From the NCBI GenBank assembly GCA_030390025.1, contig CM059432.1, positions 102,612,001 to 102,676,000 on the forward strand: 64,000 nt of DNA, in the 5' to 3' direction. The DNA is from Squalus acanthias (lineage: Eukaryota). Positions 61,268 to 64,000 of this stretch are shown in pieces. The position numbers and the translations under genes were made by a program. The stretch's first letter is position 1. Each line of letters begins with the position of its first letter. The notes beneath the pieces are model-generated. The model made no database searches. It saw only the letters and a program-made list of their open reading frames with translations, and was not told the origin of the DNA.

Positions 61268-61955
61268 AAGAGGGAATTAGATAAGCATTTCAAAAAGAAA
61301 AATATTAAGGGGTACGTTGATAGAACAGGAAAATGTTTGGAGGGAGTAGTGACACAAGTCTACTGGACCGCACGCCTCTTTCTGTGCTTAAATTTCTATG
61401 ATTTCTACAATTGAATGTTTTTGTAGAGAGAGGATGGGTTGAGCGATATGGTGAGAAGACAGGCAGGTGGGATTGATCTACAAAAAAGGGATGGTCTTGC
61501 TTGAGCCTTGTTAGTGCATTTCCCCATGGTTACTGTCGCAACAAATGGCTGTTAGTCAGGCGACAATAAATCCACTCATGATTCCAGCCGGAGTGTTTTT
61601 TTTTATAACAACAAGCTTTATTTACATTGACTAATAACAGTATTAGATTTTATATATCTATTCTACAGTATTATATTAAATGACAAGATGATATGCAAAT
61701 AATACAACCTGGTTCCCAGGCCTGGAGTGATCACTTTTGGCTCTCTAGGCTGCCTCCGTAGCTGTGGGCTTCCGACTGATCCTGAGAGTGCTCTGACCCC
61801 CAAGAGAACAACACAGGCCTGGTTCCTAAGACATGGAGCGACCAGCTCCAGGCCTCCAGCAAGTTCTATTCTTATACTATCGGCTACCTTGGGCTGTGCC
61901 TACGTTCAACATAATACGTAGTTGCACGTTTGTGAGGCCACATATTTAGGTGTTT

Positions 61956-62300
61956 ACAAAAGCAAAATACTGTAGATGCTGGAAATCTGAAATAAAAACA
62001 GAAAATGCTGCAAATACTCAGCAGGTCAGGCAGCATCAGTAGAGAGAGAAACAGAGTTAACGTTTCAGCTCGAGGACCTTTCATCAGAACAGTACTGGGT
62101 TACGCTAGGTTTTGTTGCTTACTGCTGGCTCGTGCTGGACTTGTCGGGACATGGTTGGTTATGCTGAACTTAGTTTAGTTGTGCTTTTCATCAGAACAGT
62201 TCTGATGAAAGGTGATCGACCTGAAACATTAACTCGGTTTCTCTCTCCACAGATGTTGCCGGACATGCTGAGTATTTCCAGCATTTTCTGTTTTTACTTA
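61956..62300. mobile_element. Palindromic Penelope-terminus mini-element with two divergent hammerhead motifs and a 92-bp insertion
   Basis: Inverted copies of the 38069-38165 terminus; hammerhead-like motifs at 62055-62090 (minus) and 62198-62234 (plus, decayed). Confidence 0.8.
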
Positions 62301-62422
62301 GGTGCTTACCCTGCTTCTAATCTTTTTGCCTCCAGCTCTGTTCTACAAGCTTTGTTTATTATACTGTAAGTGCGTAGGCCAATCTTTATCTTTTACTGTG
62401 GTATATGGTGTCTTGGCAACTA

Positions 62423-63091
62423 GGGGGAAAAATTCGGTGTCGCACCTTTTGGAGCGCTAACGTTGATTAGCGCCCCAAAAAATTAGCGCCACTCCGTCTG
62501 AATTTTAGTTGTAGCACCTCAAGCAGGAGGCGGGGCACTACTGGAAGTGCTCCATCTCCTTCTTAGGGCTCTACAACTGAATATCGCGGCGCTACGTGCA
62601 ACAGCACCATGCGCGTCGGTATGTAGCGCCACGTCATTGCAGGCCTCCCTCCCCTGATTAAAGGGAAGGGGCCTAGCACTGTGCACTCCGGGGCCCTGCT
62701 AGGTCACCGGGGAGCGGGGTGCCATGAAAACAGTGGTCGTGGCCAGCTCCCGTAAGAAAAAGTGGGAAGGGGGCAGGTGCCGGCAGTCGGCCAAAAAAAA
62801 ATGGCCGCCCGACATCTGCCCTTTAAGTAGCGCTGCCGCGGCTGCAAAAATGCCACCCTGACCCTGTTGGACATATCGTCTGGCGATAGGTAAGGGGGCG
62901 CAACCCAAGTTTGCGGCCGGGGTGTGAGCGGGGCGCTGCGCACGGCGATGACCTCATCGCTGGCAGCGCAGCGTCACAGGGCGCTACCAGCTGCCGCCGC
63001 CACTGAATTTTGCAGGAAGCGTCAGCGGTGCCGCGCACGGGCGTTTGGGGATTTGCGCCCCGTTAGCGCAAATCAACCCAATTTTTCCCCC
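62423..63091. mobile_element. 669-bp CpG-rich Harbinger MITE
   Basis: Perfect 12-bp TIR gggggaaaaatt; TSD CTA at 62420-62422 and 63092-63094. Confidence 0.92.
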
Positions 63092-63252
63092 CTAGTCTCT
63101 CATCAGGGTATGAGCCTTTTCTTGACCTGGGTGTTATTATTCTCTCTCTTGCATTTCCAAACTTTTGTTCATACATAGAGATAAGATTCAAGTTTCCCTT
63201 TCGGCCACATTTGCTCCAACACTGAAAATGATAAGGGAAAGGATAGCATAAC

Positions 63253-63625
63253 AACATAAGAACATAAGAAATAGAGCAGGAATAGGCCACTTGGCCCCTC
63301 AAGCCTGCTCCGCCATTCAATAAGATCATGGCTGATCTAGGGCTCAAAGCCACTTCCCAGCCGGCTCCCCATAACCCTTCACTCCCCTATCTTGCAAAAA
63401 TCTGTCTATCTCCACCTTAAATGTATTCAATGACCCAGCCTCCACAGCTCTCTGGGGCAGAGAATTCCACAGATTTACGACCCTCTGAGAGAAGAAATTC
63501 CTCCTCATCTCAGTTCTTAAAGGGCGACCTTTTATTCTGAAATATGGCCCAGAGTTCTAGATTTCCCCACGAGGGGAAACATCCTCTCTGCATCTACCCC
63601 TCAGTATCTTATATGTTTCAATAAG
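63253..63625 (-). mobile_element. CR1 3' fragment
   Basis: cataagaacataagaa tail; inverted match to 18670-19053. Confidence 0.88.
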
Positions 63626-63974
63626 CATGACCATTTAAATCATCTTAAAATATTCAAACAAATCTCATGGACTTTTCCTATTCAAAAAAAACTTATTTTC
63701 TTATTCTTAAGTGATTTGCATCAGGATCCCTATCGCTACCAAATATCCATGTGTTTTTTCTACACCCTACCTCTCCAAATGTTCCATTCTTACATTTCTT
63801 CTTTCCTTACCTTCATTATAATAGTTTGCCCTAGGGCATGATCTATTACAAGCAACTGACAACAATAATATATAATGGGCCGAAAAGACAGCCATTAAAA
63901 ATTCATCCCTCTAAACTTGAGCAGTTCGTGGAACACAAAACAGAAAAAGTGCTGGTGGCATTTTATTACAGATA

Positions 63975-64000
63975 AGGGAAAAATTGGGTTGATTTGCGCC
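63975..64000. mobile_element. Start of another Harbinger MITE of the 62423 family (inverted)
   Basis: ata|agggaaaaattgggttgatttgcgcc matches the reverse complement of 63066-63091. Confidence 0.75.

Noticed and set aside
61593..61942. Short solo LTR (TG…CA with minus-strand AATAAA)
   Set aside because: No TSD and no second copy in the window

Overview
This is eukaryotic, repeat-saturated DNA, most likely an intronic or intergenic stretch of a cartilaginous fish (shark-like) genome. That attribution is inferred from a Deu-domain SINE of the SacSINE1 type, esterase-ORF1 CR1 LINEs and shark-type Penelope termini. There are no prokaryotic operons or CRISPR arrays. Contents: (i) more than a dozen CR1 LINE copies, one essentially full length (2852-7448); (ii) an apparently intact autonomous PIF/Harbinger transposon (38762-43274) with a DDE transposase and a convergent 3-exon Myb/SANT gene, plus many nested non-autonomous Harbinger derivatives, two of which were hit at the identical nucleotide by different Harbinger elements; (iii) a young 5'-truncated Neptune-like Penelope element (RT + GIY-YIG, 14-bp TSD) with a minimal hammerhead ribozyme, and a palindromic double-hammerhead mini-element; (iv) an unclassified LTR element with 1.6-kb LTRs, an 18-nt tRNA-Arg(TCG)-type primer-binding site and a coiled-coil Gag-like ORF, plus a solo LTR with a 4-bp TSD; (v) L2 fragments, SINEs, a LINE with a tRNA-like head, a 34-bp minisatellite and one candidate host exon. 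All calls were made by eye without database searches. Boundaries not anchored by TSDs or TIRs are approximate.
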